A stretch of DNA of 64,000 nt from NCBI GenBank assembly GCA_041320535.1, contig JBGLNH010000001.1, positions 1,022,253 through 1,086,252 on the forward strand, given 5' to 3'. Positions within the stretch are counted from its first letter, which is position 1. Every line of letters begins with the position of its first letter. This DNA comes from Candidatus Aminicenantes bacterium. Its GTDB lineage: Bacteria > Acidobacteriota > Aminicenantia > Aminicenantales > Saccharicenantaceae. Below the pieces are notes generated by a model, which was not told the origin of the DNA, did no database searches, and was given only the letters and a program-made list of their open reading frames with translations. Position numbers and translations under genes: made by a program. Positions 20,460-31,014 of the stretch are shown piece after piece.

Positions 20460-21941
20460 CTACTGCGCCTGGGCCAGGAAGTAGTCCGAGATCTCGACGC
20501 CGTACTCGTGGGGGTTGAGGGGCTTGGTGATCGTCCGCAGGAAGCGCCCGGTCGCGGCATCGCGCTCGGAGAGGTCGGCCAGCTCGCCGTCGAGCTTGTT
20601 CCCCTCGCGGTCGGTGATGAGCTTGATGACGGGGCGGAGGACGAGCTTGGGATCGGGATGGAGGTCGAAGACGATGCCCACCTCGCCCGTGTTCAGGGCC
20701 ACCATCGAGCCGATGGGGAAGACGCCCATGAGGTGGACGAAGGCCTTCAAGATGACGGCGTTGAACTCCGTGCCCTGCTGGTCCAGCATGAGGCTGAGGG
20801 CCTCGGCCCGGGTGAAGACCTTGGCCCGGTAGACGCGCTTGGTCGTGACGGCGTCGAAGAAATCGACGACCTTGACGATCTTGCTGAAGAGGTTGACGTC
20901 CTCCTTGTTGTAGTACCGCGGATAGCCCGTCAGGTCCTCTTTGATGTGGTGTTCCATGGCGACGTGGATGGCCCTGAGCGGCAGGCGGCGCGACTCCTTG
21001 AGCAGAACGAGCTTCTCGGCGCCCTTGAAAGGGTGCTGCTCCATGATCACGCGCTCGGCGTCGTCGAGCTTGTCGGGCTTGTTCAGGATCTCGAGCGGCG
21101 TCTCCAGCTTGCCCAGGTCGTGGAAGAAGGCGGCTATGCCGAGGTCGACGAGTTCGCCGCGGTTGAGGCCCAATCGCCGGCCGAGGGCCGTCGCCAGGAG
21201 GCAGACGTTGACGGAGTGGTTGAGGGTGTATTCGTCGTAGTTCTTGAGGTTGGTCATGCCGAAGACGAAGGACTCGTTGTCGACGATGTGGTTATAGATG
21301 GACTGCATGAGCCGGCGCGTCGAATGGACCTTGATGCCCTCGCCTTTCTGGTTCCGGCGGAAGGACTCCTTGAGGTGGACGATGCTGAGGAAGAAGATGC
21401 GGGCCGTGTTGCGGTTGAGGTTCGACGGCGTCTTGATCTCGGAGGCCTTCTCGAGCACGATGTGGCCGATGTCGGCGGCGTCGAGGTCCGACTGGAGCCG
21501 GGCGTAGGCCGAGCCGTCCTTCTTGTCCCTCCGGGCGAAGATCGGCATGAAGCGGAAGAGCTCCTCGAGCGTCAGCCCCTTCTTGAAGGCGAGGGCGTCG
21601 ATCTCGCGCAGACGGAACTCCTCCATCACCGACTTGAAGAGGGGATAGGTACCCAGCGAGGATTTCATCCGGATACCGTTGAGGAGAAGCGAGCTGTGGC
21701 GTATGCGCAGTGTCGCCTCCTCGTCTTCGGAGGAGAGGACCCGGCTCAAGGACTCGAAGAGCGACCGCCCCTGCTCCTGGAAAGCGTCGTTCTTCGGGTC
21801 GTGGATCTTGGCGACCTTGTCGAGGACGTGGAAGCGAATGAGCAGCTCGACGGCCGAGCGCTGGAAGGCCTTGACGTCGGAGTCCCCGGTCGGCCATTGT
21901 TCCGCGCGGGTCGGGGATTGAGTCCCGGTTTCTTCCGTCAT
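20460..21941 (-). CDS. HD-GYP domain protein (putative cyclic dinucleotide phosphodiesterase)
   Basis: HSVNV, HDLGK, EHH..TGYP, DFFDAVTTKRVYR. Confidence 0.85.
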   Translation of the reverse strand: MTEETGTQSPTRAEQWPTGDSDVKAFQRSAVELLIRFHVLDKVAKIHDPKNDAFQEQGRSLFESLSRVLSSEDEEATLRIRHSSLLLNGIRMKSSLGTYPLFKSVMEEFRLREIDALAFKKGLTLEELFRFMPIFARRDKKDGSAYARLQSDLDAADIGHIVLEKASEIKTPSNLNRNTARIFFLSIVHLKESFRRNQKGEGIKVHSTRRLMQSIYNHIVDNESFVFGMTNLKNYDEYTLNHSVNVCLLATALGRRLGLNRGELVDLGIAAFFHDLGKLETPLEILNKPDKLDDAERVIMEQHPFKGAEKLVLLKESRRLPLRAIHVAMEHHIKEDLTGYPRYYNKEDVNLFSKIVKVVDFFDAVTTKRVYRAKVFTRAEALSLMLDQQGTEFNAVILKAFVHLMGVFPIGSMVALNTGEVGIVFDLHPDPKLVLRPVIKLITDREGNKLDGELADLSERDAATGRFLRTITKPLNPHEYGVEISDYFLAQAQ

Positions 21942-22990
21942 GGTCCCTCGGCCTTGGCCGTCTTCCCCCCGGCGGCCCGGGCCAGCGCCTCGGCGCAGGC
22001 TTCGCGGACCTTCCTGCCCCGAAGCCGCGTCCCTTCCTCGAGGGCCGCCCCGGCCTCCGCCGTCCCCATGCTGGCCAGGCCCTCGACTGCGGCCAGGCGC
22101 ATCTCCAGGTTCTTTGTCGATGGGAGGAACGTCGTCCGCCCGAGGGCCCCGACGAGGAAGGACAGCGCCTCGGCCGATCGCGTCCGGCCGAGGAACGACA
22201 GGATGGCCTGCTTCTCCTTGAGGCTCTTCCTGCGGAAGGCCGGCTCGGCCGCCTCGCGGATGAGATGGACGACCCGGGACTTCTCCTCGGTGGGGTTGAG
22301 CTTCATGGCCGCCTGGATCCTCAGCTCCTCGTCGGGATCGTTCAGGAAGCCCATGAGGATGCGATTGGACATCTCGTCCTTGTTCTCGCCGAGGGCGTGG
22401 ATGGCCTCGAGCTTGATGTCGCGGCTCTTGAACATCAGGAAGGCGGTGAAATGGGGGATGCCCTTCCTCTCGGGGAACGACGTCAGGATGCGGATGATCT
22501 CGCGGGACAGCGTCGGGCGGGAATCGTTGGCCAGGCGCACGACCAGGCCCGGGTCCTGGGCGCCCATCTCCTGGAGGAACGAGAGGATCCTGGCCCGGAC
22601 GTCCGGGTCCCTCTGGCCCTCGAAGACCCCGGCCGCCATCGGCAGCGTAATGGGGCCGAGGAGCTTGAAGAAGCCGAATAGCGCGGTCCAGTCGACGGCG
22701 GCCTGGGTCGCGAGGTGCGAGGACACCGCTTCCAGGGCCCTGGGGCCGAGGAGCTTCCTCAGACAGCCGTCGAGGAACTCGGTCTTCGGGGCCGCGTCCG
22801 AACCGAGGTGGGACCGGAGGTCGCGGACCTTGCCGATGATCATCGTGGCCACGGGGAATTTGCCCTGTAGCAGCTGGTCGAGATGGAACTCGAAGAGGAC
22901 GTCGAGGCTCGAGGCGCAGGTGCCCAAGTCGTCCTCGAGGTAGACGATCTCGGCCGTCAGGTTGACGAACTGCTCCTCGGGCCAGAGCAC
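21938..22990 (-). CDS. HEAT-repeat protein, N-terminus missing (junction)
   Basis: Repeated helical units (IKLEAIHALG, LRIQAAMKL, RLAAVEGLAS); stop overlaps the HD-GYP start. Confidence 0.72.
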   Translation of the reverse strand: MLWPEEQFVNLTAEIVYLEDDLGTCASSLDVLFEFHLDQLLQGKFPVATMIIGKVRDLRSHLGSDAAPKTEFLDGCLRKLLGPRALEAVSSHLATQAAVDWTALFGFFKLLGPITLPMAAGVFEGQRDPDVRARILSFLQEMGAQDPGLVVRLANDSRPTLSREIIRILTSFPERKGIPHFTAFLMFKSRDIKLEAIHALGENKDEMSNRILMGFLNDPDEELRIQAAMKLNPTEEKSRVVHLIREAAEPAFRRKSLKEKQAILSFLGRTRSAEALSFLVGALGRTTFLPSTKNLEMRLAAVEGLASMGTAEAGAALEEGTRLRGRKVREACAEALARAAGGKTAKAEGP

Positions 22991-23859
22991 CCGGTTGGCG
23001 CCAGGCTCAGGTCGAGGTATCCGTAGGCCCCCTTCCAGAGGTGCGGATAGACCTCGACGCCGATCCGGTCGTCGTTCGCGCCGTACCGCCGGCTCCGCTC
23101 GACCTCGGCCACGACCCTGGCCCTGTCGCCGAGGACGCCGAAGAGCGCGGCGAGGCCGAAGTCGCCGTAGCCGCCCCGGCCGTCGCTCCAGCCCTCGCTG
23201 CGCCCGGCCAGCCAGATCTCGGGCCCCCGGGCGAAGACGGGCGCGGCGGCCGCGAGCGCCCTGGCGAAGTCGGCGTTCAGGGGTTCGAGCTCGGCCGCCC
23301 GGGCGAGGTAGCCCCGGGCCCGTCCGTAATCACCCTGCCAGAGGAGGACCGAGCCGACCCGGAAGAGCGCCCCGGCGTGGCCGGCGTCGAGGTCGAGGGC
23401 CCGGCGGCAGAGGATAAGGGCGGCGTCGTATTCGCCCCGCCACGAGGCCAGATCGGCCAGCCCGGCCAGGGCATCGGCCGAGCGCGGCTCGGCCTCCAGG
23501 GCGCGCCTGAAGGCCCTCTCGGCGCCCCCGAGGTCCCCGCGCCAGCTGAGGAGCCTGGCCTTGAAGACGATGACGTCCGCGTCGGCCGGATGCTCCCCGA
23601 GAAGGCGGTCGACGATGGCCTCGGCTTCGTCCCGGCGCCCCGAATAGGCGTAGGCCCGGGCCAGCAGGAACCGTAACTCGGCGTTCCCGGGATCGGCCCG
23701 GAGGGCGTCGAGGGCCAGGGCGACGGCCTTGGCGTGGTCGCCGGAGTGGAGGGCCAGGCGGACCTCCTCCCGGCCCTGGGCGCGGCCCGCCGCCGGGAAC
23801 GCGAGGACGAGGGCGGCGACGGCCGCCGCGGCCAACGGGTTCGAGCGCTTGCCGTTCAT
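22957..23859 (-). CDS. TPR-repeat protein with start of a YaiO-like outer-membrane beta-barrel, 3'-truncated
   Basis: Signal peptide, TPR units (LARAYAYSGR, ARLLSWRG, LADLASWRG), then barrel strands including EVYPHLWKGAYGYL; breaks at about 22995. Confidence 0.75.
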   Translation of the reverse strand: MNGKRSNPLAAAAVAALVLAFPAAGRAQGREEVRLALHSGDHAKAVALALDALRADPGNAELRFLLARAYAYSGRRDEAEAIVDRLLGEHPADADVIVFKARLLSWRGDLGGAERAFRRALEAEPRSADALAGLADLASWRGEYDAALILCRRALDLDAGHAGALFRVGSVLLWQGDYGRARGYLARAAELEPLNADFARALAAAAPVFARGPEIWLAGRSEGWSDGRGGYGDFGLAALFGVLGDRARVVAEVERSRRYGANDDRIGVEVYPHLWKGAYGYLDLSLAPTGCSGPRSSSST

Positions 23860-25280
23860 GGCGTCTGCCCCGCCTTGGCGAAGCCCCTCCTTTCCATAAG
23901 GCCCCATTCCCTCTTGCCCCGGAGATAGTCCAGGAAGGCCCAGGCCCGGACCAGGGACAGGTACTGACGGTAGAAGAGATTCTCGGCGACGCCCGTCGCC
24001 GTCAGGATGACGATGTCGCGCGGTCGGGGATAGCGGTGCGAGGACAGTTCTTCGAGGAGGATGGCCAGGAGCGAGACGAACGTGCCGTAAAAAACGGCCA
24101 CGAAGAAAAAGGTCGCGGCGAAGGGGACGTCGATCCGCCCGAATACGAGGTGGCCGGCGAACAGGACGTAGCCGAGGACCTCGATGAACGGGCCGGCCAT
24201 CTCGAAGACCGCGTAGAAGGGCAGGGCGAACATCCCGGCCACCCCGTAGCGCGGCCGGAAAAACATCCTCCGGGAGCGGAACAGGGTCTCGATGAGGCCG
24301 CGGTGCCACCGGCTCCTCTGCCGGGCCAGGACGCGGAGGTCCTCCGGGGCCTCGGTCCAGCAGATCGGGTCGGGAATGAAACAGAACCGGTAGGCGAGCT
24401 TCCGCTCGTGGAGGTGTTTCTGCATGCGGACGACGAGGTCCATGTCCTCGGTCAGCGAGTCGGTCCGGTACCCGCCGCAGGCCATGGCGATGTCCTTGCG
24501 GAAGATGCCGAAGGCGCCGGAGACGATCAGCGTGCTCCGCAGCATGCTCATGCCCAGGCGCCCCCCGAGGAACGCCCGGAGGTACTCGAGGACCTGGAAG
24601 CGGGCGATCCAGTTGCGGGGTATGCCGACCGCGACGACCTGCCCTTCCCGGACGACGCAGCCGTTGCTCAGCCGGATGACGCCGCCGGCGCCGACCGTCC
24701 GGGCGGGGTCCTCGAGGAACGGGCGGACGACCTTGAGCAGGGCGTCGCTCTCCAGGACGGAATCGCTGTCGACGGCGCAGAACAGGGGGTAGCGGGAGAC
24801 GTTCAACCCGGCGTTCAGGGCGTCGGCCTTCTTCCCGTTGGACTTGTCGACGACCGTGAGCCGGGGATGGACGGCCGACCGGTAGATGGCCCGGATCGGC
24901 TGGGTCGGGATGGAGCGGCGGAAGACCGACCGCGACGGCCGGAGGGCGAAGGCCGCGGCGAGCCGGGCCAGGGTCGCGTCGGTCGAGCCGTCGTTGACGA
25001 CCACGACCTCGAAGACGGGATAGCGGAGCGACAGGAGCGAGCGGACGCTCTCGACGATGCCGGCCTCCTCGTTGAAGGCCGGGACGATGACCGAGACGGG
25101 CCGGACGATGGGCATGCGGAAGATCTCGCCGAAGCGGACGAAGGTGACCATGCGGCGGTAGCGCAGGATGCCGGAGAGCGAGAGCAGGTTGAAAAGGAAG
25201 TAGAAGGAATTGATGAGGAGGAAGTAGACGAGGATGACCAGCTCCAGGCCGTCGCTGACGAAGGCCAGGACGCCGCTCAC
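23856..25280 (-). CDS. Processive GT2 glycosyltransferase (PgaC/IcaA/YaiP-like)
   Basis: PAFNEE, NGKKADALN, DSD, SGAFG, TED, QRSRW (QxxRW), flanking TM helices; GTG start overlaps the HEAT stop. Confidence 0.88.
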   Translation of the reverse strand: MSGVLAFVSDGLELVILVYFLLINSFYFLFNLLSLSGILRYRRMVTFVRFGEIFRMPIVRPVSVIVPAFNEEAGIVESVRSLLSLRYPVFEVVVVNDGSTDATLARLAAAFALRPSRSVFRRSIPTQPIRAIYRSAVHPRLTVVDKSNGKKADALNAGLNVSRYPLFCAVDSDSVLESDALLKVVRPFLEDPARTVGAGGVIRLSNGCVVREGQVVAVGIPRNWIARFQVLEYLRAFLGGRLGMSMLRSTLIVSGAFGIFRKDIAMACGGYRTDSLTEDMDLVVRMQKHLHERKLAYRFCFIPDPICWTEAPEDLRVLARQRSRWHRGLIETLFRSRRMFFRPRYGVAGMFALPFYAVFEMAGPFIEVLGYVLFAGHLVFGRIDVPFAATFFFVAVFYGTFVSLLAILLEELSSHRYPRPRDIVILTATGVAENLFYRQYLSLVRAWAFLDYLRGKREWGLMERRGFAKAGQTP

Positions 25281-26335
25281 GCCGCCCCTCCCGTCAGGAT
25301 GACGGTGTCGAGGACCATGGCGGCCATGTCGGCGGCGAAACGGTCCTCCTTCTGGCGCGAGATCTCCTGGAGCTGGAGGACGCCGACCAGCCCGAAGGCG
25401 GCCAGGCCGTAGCCGGCGTTGTAGCGGACGTGCCAGTTGGGGGAGAAGAGGCCTTTGACGAGCAGCGGGATGGTCCGCCAGTCCTGGAGGAGCCCCAGGC
25501 TCCGGAGGGCCTGGGCCTGGACCTCCCAGCGGGGGTCGCCCGCGAGGCCGCTCAGGGCCTTGGCCGACGCGGGAACGAGCAGCCGGCCGAGCGTCCGGGC
25601 CGTCCGTATCCTCAGCTCCCGGTCCTCGCTCGCGGCGAAGCGGACGACGTCGGGATAGAGCCCCCGCAGGAGCAGCCGGCCGGCCATCTCGATGAGCAGG
25701 GCGTGCTTGTCGACCGGCAGGGGCTTGCGGAGAGAGGCCCGGACGAAGGGCTCGATGCGCTGTCCGAGGCTGTTGAGGACGTTCGAGTAGGCGTAGTAGT
25801 TCGGCTCGGGGTCCCTCTCGAACAGGTCGAAGATGACCGACAGCGTGTCCCGGGAGGCGATGCCGGTCAGGGCGTTGAGAGCGGCCAGGCGGACGACCGG
25901 CTTGTCGTGGAGCAGCTTGACCAGGTGGACGGCCTCCTCGGTCCGGGAGAAATCGACGAACAGGCGGACGTTCTGGAGCCGCGTCGCGAGCCAGCGGGAC
26001 CGGAGCTCGCGCAGGCACCGTTGGCGGATCGTCCGCTCGAAGATGACCTTGAGGGGCTCGAGGGCCTTGCCGGCGAGGGCCTCGCGGTAGGCGACGAGGA
26101 GGCTCTTGAGGACCCGGGGCCGGTCCCGGAATCTTTGGGCGAAATCGAGGGCCGCCCGCGAGGGCGAGGGGGAGGTCAGGACCTCGAGGAGCTCCCCTTC
26201 CATCTCCTCGTAGGTCCGGCGGTCCCGGCGCTCCCGCGCCTCGACGATCAGGCGGCGGGCGAAGATGAACAGGAAGAGCGTCGCCGACAGGCACGCGAGG
26301 TAGGCGAAGCTATAGAGAACGATGACCGACAGCAT
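25277..26335 (-). CDS. Membrane-anchored HEAT-repeat protein
   Basis: N-terminal TM helix; HEAT units VRLAALNAL, LRIRTARTLG, VQAQALRSLG, VRYNAGYGL. Confidence 0.8.
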   Translation of the reverse strand: MLSVIVLYSFAYLACLSATLFLFIFARRLIVEARERRDRRTYEEMEGELLEVLTSPSPSRAALDFAQRFRDRPRVLKSLLVAYREALAGKALEPLKVIFERTIRQRCLRELRSRWLATRLQNVRLFVDFSRTEEAVHLVKLLHDKPVVRLAALNALTGIASRDTLSVIFDLFERDPEPNYYAYSNVLNSLGQRIEPFVRASLRKPLPVDKHALLIEMAGRLLLRGLYPDVVRFAASEDRELRIRTARTLGRLLVPASAKALSGLAGDPRWEVQAQALRSLGLLQDWRTIPLLVKGLFSPNWHVRYNAGYGLAAFGLVGVLQLQEISRQKEDRFAADMAAMVLDTVILTGGAA

Positions 26336-26963
26336 GATGACACGCGTCCCTGAGGATCTTCTTGACCTTGGCCACCAGCACGCGGGGCGAGAACGGCTTG
26401 ACGAGATAGTGGGCCCCCTCGTCGAGGCTCTTGACGATGGTCTCCTCCTCGTCGAGCGAGGAGAGGATGAGGACCGGGATGCCGGCCGTCTCCGGGTCCC
26501 GCTTGAGGAGCGACAGGAGCTCGAAGGCGTCCATGCCGGGCGCGCCGGCGTCGACGACGAGCAGGTCGGGCCGGCCGCTCCGGGCCCGGGCCAGGCCGTC
26601 GCTCCCTCCGGCGGCTTTTTCGACGGTGAAGTCCTCCTTGCGCAGGAAATGGGAGATCAGGTTCCTGGTCGTCGGGTCGTCGTCGACGAGCAGGACCTTC
26701 GGCGTCGGCCGGGGCGGGCGTCCGGCCCGGCCGGCGGCGAGGTCGCCGAGGTGCGCGTTGGACCGGAGCTCCTCGTCGATGTCGGCCAGCGTCAGCCCCC
26801 CGGCCGTCGCGCCGCCCGAGCGCTTGACGAGCTCCCGGAGCTCGGCCAGGGCCAGGGCCTGGGCCGCGGCCACCCGGGCCAGCATGGTCCGGTGCTGCCC
26901 GACGCGGCGGAGGACGTCCTCGATGTCCTTCGCGAGCCTGTCGTGCGGCGCGGTCGTGTCCAT
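26310..26963 (-). CDS. Response regulator (helical N-terminus plus REC domain, no output domain)
   Basis: VLLVDDD, LLVVD (phospho-Asp), SS, VKPF. Confidence 0.82.
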   Translation of the reverse strand: MDTTAPHDRLAKDIEDVLRRVGQHRTMLARVAAAQALALAELRELVKRSGGATAGGLTLADIDEELRSNAHLGDLAAGRAGRPPRPTPKVLLVDDDPTTRNLISHFLRKEDFTVEKAAGGSDGLARARSGRPDLLVVDAGAPGMDAFELLSLLKRDPETAGIPVLILSSLDEEETIVKSLDEGAHYLVKPFSPRVLVAKVKKILRDACHHAVGHRSL

Positions 26964-27204
26964 GGCTCTGGTCGTGTTCTCCCGAGGCGCACGGCTTCCC
27001 GGAGCCCTGCCCTCGCCCTCAGCCTACCCCAAGGCCCTCCGGCGGCCATCCCTTGCGGTGAGGAATGAACGGGTGAATTTATAGGCCGGGGGGTAATCTC
27101 ACGAAGGGAGGCGACCTCCCCCCGGCAGGGGACAGGGAACCCCGGGGCCGCCCGCGGATGGACGGGCCGCCCGTCCTGTGGTATAAGGCCCGGTGGGGAC
27201 ATTC

Positions 27205-28479
27205 ATGAACGGCCAAGTCTACGACGAGCTCAAGGAGCGCGGCTTCGTCGCCCAGGTGTCCGACGAGGAGGCCGTCCGCCGTATGCTCGGCGGCGGCTTC
27301 GTCACCTTCTACGTCGGCTTCGACAGCACGGCCTCCAGCCTGCACGCCGGAAGCCTCGTCCCGATCATGGCCATGGTCCACCTCCGGCGGGCCGGCCACC
27401 GGGCCATCGCCGTCGTCGGCGGCGGGACGACCATGGTCGGCGACCCCAGCGGCAGGACCGAGATGCGCCAGATGCTCGACGAGGCGACCATCCGGGCCCA
27501 GGGCCAGGCCATCCACATCCAGCTCTCCCGCTACCTCCGCTTCGACGGCGCCTCGGCCATCGCCGTCGACAACGCCGACTGGCTGCTGCCCCTCAACTAC
27601 ATCGCCTTCCTGCGCGACATCGGCCGGCACTTCAGCGTCAACCGCATGCTGGCCGCCGAGGCCTACAAGCAGCGCCTGGAGAAAGGGCTGTCCTTCATCG
27701 AGTTCAACTACCAGCTCCTCCAGGCCTACGACTACCTGACCTTGTTCCGGAAGTACGGCTGCACCCTGCAGATGGGCGGCGACGACCAGTGGGGCAACAT
27801 CCTGGCCGGCGTCGACCTCATCCGCCGGGTCGACGGGGGGGCGGCCGAAGCCTTGACCTTCCCCCTGCTGACGACCGCTTCGGGGGCCAAGATGGGCAAG
27901 ACCGCCCAGGGCGCCGTGTGGCTCGACGCCGGCCTGTTCAGCCCGTACGAGTTCTACCAGTACTGGGTGAATTGCGACGACAGGGACCTCTGGCGCTTCT
28001 TCAAGATGTTCACCCTTCTTCCCCTGGCGGAGATCGAGGCCGTGCGCGCGGGCTGCGAAGGCGGCGCCGGGCTCAACAAGGCGAAGCACAGGCTCGCCTA
28101 CGAAACGACCAAGATCACCCACGGCGAGCTGGAGGCCGAGAAGGCCCGGCAGGCCGCGGCCGCGGCGTTCGGGGTCAGGGTCTCGCCTGACACTGTCGAG
28201 GGGCGATCTTCGACGGGCGACATCGCCGGCCTCCCGACGACGGCCGTCCCGCGGTCCCGGCTCGAGGCGGGCATCGCCCCGGCCGGGCTGTTCACCGAGG
28301 TCGGCCTGACGCCTTCGCGCAAGGAGGCCAAGCGGATGATCGAGCAGGGCGGCCTCTACGTCAACGACGAGCGCGTCGACTCGACGGAGCGCCTGATCAC
28401 CCTCAAGGACCTCGGCCCCGACGGCGGACTGCTCCTCAAGGCCGGCAAGAAGAAGGTCCACCGCGTCGTCCCCGCCTGA
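27205..28479 (+). CDS. tyrS: Tyrosyl-tRNA synthetase
   Basis: [30 protein letters not shown]-terminal S4 domain. Confidence 0.96.
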   Translation: MNGQVYDELKERGFVAQVSDEEAVRRMLGGGFVTFYVGFDSTASSLHAGSLVPIMAMVHLRRAGHRAIAVVGGGTTMVGDPSGRTEMRQMLDEATIRAQGQAIHIQLSRYLRFDGASAIAVDNADWLLPLNYIAFLRDIGRHFSVNRMLAAEAYKQRLEKGLSFIEFNYQLLQAYDYLTLFRKYGCTLQMGGDDQWGNILAGVDLIRRVDGGAAEALTFPLLTTASGAKMGKTAQGAVWLDAGLFSPYEFYQYWVNCDDRDLWRFFKMFTLLPLAEIEAVRAGCEGGAGLNKAKHRLAYETTKITHGELEAEKARQAAAAAFGVRVSPDTVEGRSSTGDIAGLPTTAVPRSRLEAGIAPAGLFTEVGLTPSRKEAKRMIEQGGLYVNDERVDSTERLITLKDLGPDGGLLLKAGKKKVHRVVPA

Positions 28480-28555
28480 GCGCCGGAGATTTGAAATTCC
28501 GGCCTATCTGTGGTTTACTGGCGGGATGCGTCCGACCGTTCCCAAGGAGAGTCCC

Positions 28556-29584
28556 ATGAACAAAAGTCCCGTCGCCGCCGTTCTGCTGGCGCTCGCGCTC
28601 GCCGGGTGCGGCCCCAAGGCCGAGAAGGTCGTCCTCGAGGAGGGCACCCCGGCCTACGCCCTGGCCAAGGACCTGGCGGCGATCATCCCCGCTCTCGGGC
28701 CGGACCAGGCCACCGTGATCGTCGAGGGCAAGGGGCTCTCCGTCACGGCCGCCGAGGTCATCCGGACGATCCGGGACAACATGGGCGCGCGGGCCGACCA
28801 GCTCCGGTCGGTCGACGCCGGCCAGCTCAAGGAGATCTTCGAGAGGGGCGCCACCCAGATCGCCGAGCGCAAGCTCATCCTCCGCGCGGCGGCCGCCGCC
28901 AAGACGGCCGTGTCCGCCGAAGAGCTCGGCCAGGCCCTCCAGTCCGAATTCGACCGGGCCGGAGGCGAGGAGGGCTTCCGCAAGGCCCTCGAGGGCGCCC
29001 AGGTCTCCTACGACCACGTGAAGGAGAACATCCGGGAGACCCTGCTCATCAACAAGTTCCTCAACGGGATCGCCGAGAGCGGCCCGAAGATCACCGAGGA
29101 GGAGATCCGCCGCGCCTTCGACGCGGACGCGGGGGTTGACAAGACCGCGTCCGTGCGCCACATCCTCCTCCTGACCCAGGGCAAGACCGACGCCGAGAAG
29201 GCCGAGGCGCGGACGAGGATCGAAGGCCTGTTGGCCCGGGCCAAGGCCGGCGAGGACTTCGCCGAGCTGGCCAAGCTCTATTCCGAGGACCCCGGGTCGA
29301 AGGACAACGGCGGCCTCTACGAGGACTTCGGCCGCGGCATGATGGTCCCGCCCTTCGAGGAGGCCTCCTTCTCCGTCCCCGTGGGCGAGATCAGCGGCGT
29401 CGTCGAGACGACCTTCGGCTACCACGTCATCAAGGTCGTCGGCCGCAAGAAGGAGACCCGGCCGTTCGAGGAGGTCCGCGGCGAGATCGAGTCGCGGCTC
29501 AAGGAGCAGAAGCAGGGCTCGGTCGTCCAGGACTTCGTCCAGGGTCTCAAGGACAAGGCGGGGTTCAAGCTCGTCGCCCTCTGA
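28556..29584 (+). CDS. Parvulin-type peptidyl-prolyl isomerase lipoprotein (PrsA/SurA-like)
   Basis: Lipobox [34 protein letters not shown]. Confidence 0.87.
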   Translation: MNKSPVAAVLLALALAGCGPKAEKVVLEEGTPAYALAKDLAAIIPALGPDQATVIVEGKGLSVTAAEVIRTIRDNMGARADQLRSVDAGQLKEIFERGATQIAERKLILRAAAAAKTAVSAEELGQALQSEFDRAGGEEGFRKALEGAQVSYDHVKENIRETLLINKFLNGIAESGPKITEEEIRRAFDADAGVDKTASVRHILLLTQGKTDAEKAEARTRIEGLLARAKAGEDFAELAKLYSEDPGSKDNGGLYEDFGRGMMVPPFEEASFSVPVGEISGVVETTFGYHVIKVVGRKKETRPFEEVRGEIESRLKEQKQGSVVQDFVQGLKDKAGFKLVAL

Positions 29585-29781
29585 GCCCGGCCCGCCGGGC
29601 CTCTGCCCCGGGGCGAACCCCGGGGGCGGTGATAGGACCGGCTTTCTCTCACCCCCGGCGGCGAAGGCGAAGCTCCGGCGAATCCCCCCATCGGGGGATT
29701 GTCCCCGGCCCCGGCGGCCTCCATATTGGTCAGGGAATGCCCCCCCGTCGTCCCGGGGCGGGTCTCCAGCGAGGAGGCGAC

Positions 29782-30405
29782 ATGAAAAGACCGATCACGG
29801 TACTCTTGATCGCGGCCTTGGCCGCTCTCGCGGCCCTGCCCGGGCCGGCGGCGGCCGACATCCGGCTCGGGCTCAAGGCCGGCGGCAACATGGCCCGTCC
29901 GACGGGCCTCGACGCCCAAGACCCCTTGGCCACACTGAGGTCCCGGATGGGCTTCCAGGGCGGCCTTTTTCTGGCCGTCGATCTCAGCCGGACCATCTCC
30001 ATCCAGTACGAGGTCCTGTACACGATGAAGGGCGCGACCTACGTCGCCCTCGACGGGAGCTACACGGACAAGCTCTACGCCGACTACATCGAGGTGCCCC
30101 TGCTCGTCAAGATCAGGTTCCCGGCCGTCGGCGTCCAGCCCTTCGTCTTCGGCGGCCCGACGGTCGGCTTCAAGCTCCGGGAGAAGCTGGTGTCTAACGG
30201 CGCTGAGGTCCCTCTAGAGGAGGCGATGCTCAAGAACAACGACTACGGCGTCGTCGTCGGGGCCGGGCTGAACCTCGGGCCGAGGCTCGCCCTGGACGTC
30301 CGCTACAGCCTCGGGGCGCAGAAGGTCCTGGCCTACTTCGAGGGCGGGCGAGAGCCCGATTTCAAGAACGGGGTGTTCGCGGCGACGGTCGGCTACGCCT
30401 TCTGA
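29782..30405 (+). CDS. Outer-membrane beta-barrel (porin family) protein
   Basis: Signal peptide, GLKAGGN, YIEVPLL, alternating strands, terminal Phe (GYAF). Confidence 0.78.
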   Translation: MKRPITVLLIAALAALAALPGPAAADIRLGLKAGGNMARPTGLDAQDPLATLRSRMGFQGGLFLAVDLSRTISIQYEVLYTMKGATYVALDGSYTDKLYADYIEVPLLVKIRFPAVGVQPFVFGGPTVGFKLREKLVSNGAEVPLEEAMLKNNDYGVVVGAGLNLGPRLALDVRYSLGAQKVLAYFEGGREPDFKNGVFAATVGYAF

Positions 30406-30424
30406 CCGGCCCGCCGGACTCGGC

Positions 30425-31014
30425 CTAACGGATGTACAGATAGATGAAGTGGTCCTCGCCGGTCTCGTCCTTGATCGTCTCGCTGAGGACCTGTTTCTCT
30501 TCCCAGCCGGGAACGGAGTAATTGTGGCAGACGACCCGGCTCTTCGGCCTTAGCTGGGCCTCGAGGAGCGGCCGCATCAGGGCGTTCGATTCGGGCAGGA
30601 GGTAGAGCGTGACCACCGTGGCCTCCGAGAGGTCGGCCTTGGTGGCGTCCGTGGCGACGAAGCGGACCTGCCCGGCGATCCCCGCGGCCGCGGCGTTCTT
30701 CTCCGACAGCTCGATCATGGCCGGGTCGATGTCGATGCCGACGCCGCGGGTCCCGTAGCGGCGGGCCGCCGTGATGACGATGCGCCCGTCGCCGCAGCCG
30801 ACGTCGTAGAGGACGTCCTTGTTGGTCACCTCGGCCAGCTCGAGCATGCGGTCGACGACCGGCTGGGGGGTCGGCACCCAGGGGGCGAGGTCGGCGGCGT
30901 CCACCCGGCCGTGGGAGCCGAGAAAGAGGTCGATGGTCGTCCCTTCGTCGTACCGGAAGGAATAGGGGCTGCCCGGATCGAGCGAGTAGAGGGCGTCCTT
31001 CTTGCCGGTCGTGA
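30425..31014 (-). CDS. Class I SAM-dependent methyltransferase, N-terminus missing
   Basis: APWVPTP, LYDVGCGDG, GIDID, VVTLYL, RVVCHNY. Confidence 0.8.

Noticed and set aside
20460-26963. HD-GYP phosphodiesterase controlling the GT2 operon
   Set aside because: The two blocks are separated by the junction at about 22995.
26964-27204. T-box riboswitch upstream of tyrS
   Set aside because: No T-box consensus or Tyr specifier loop found.
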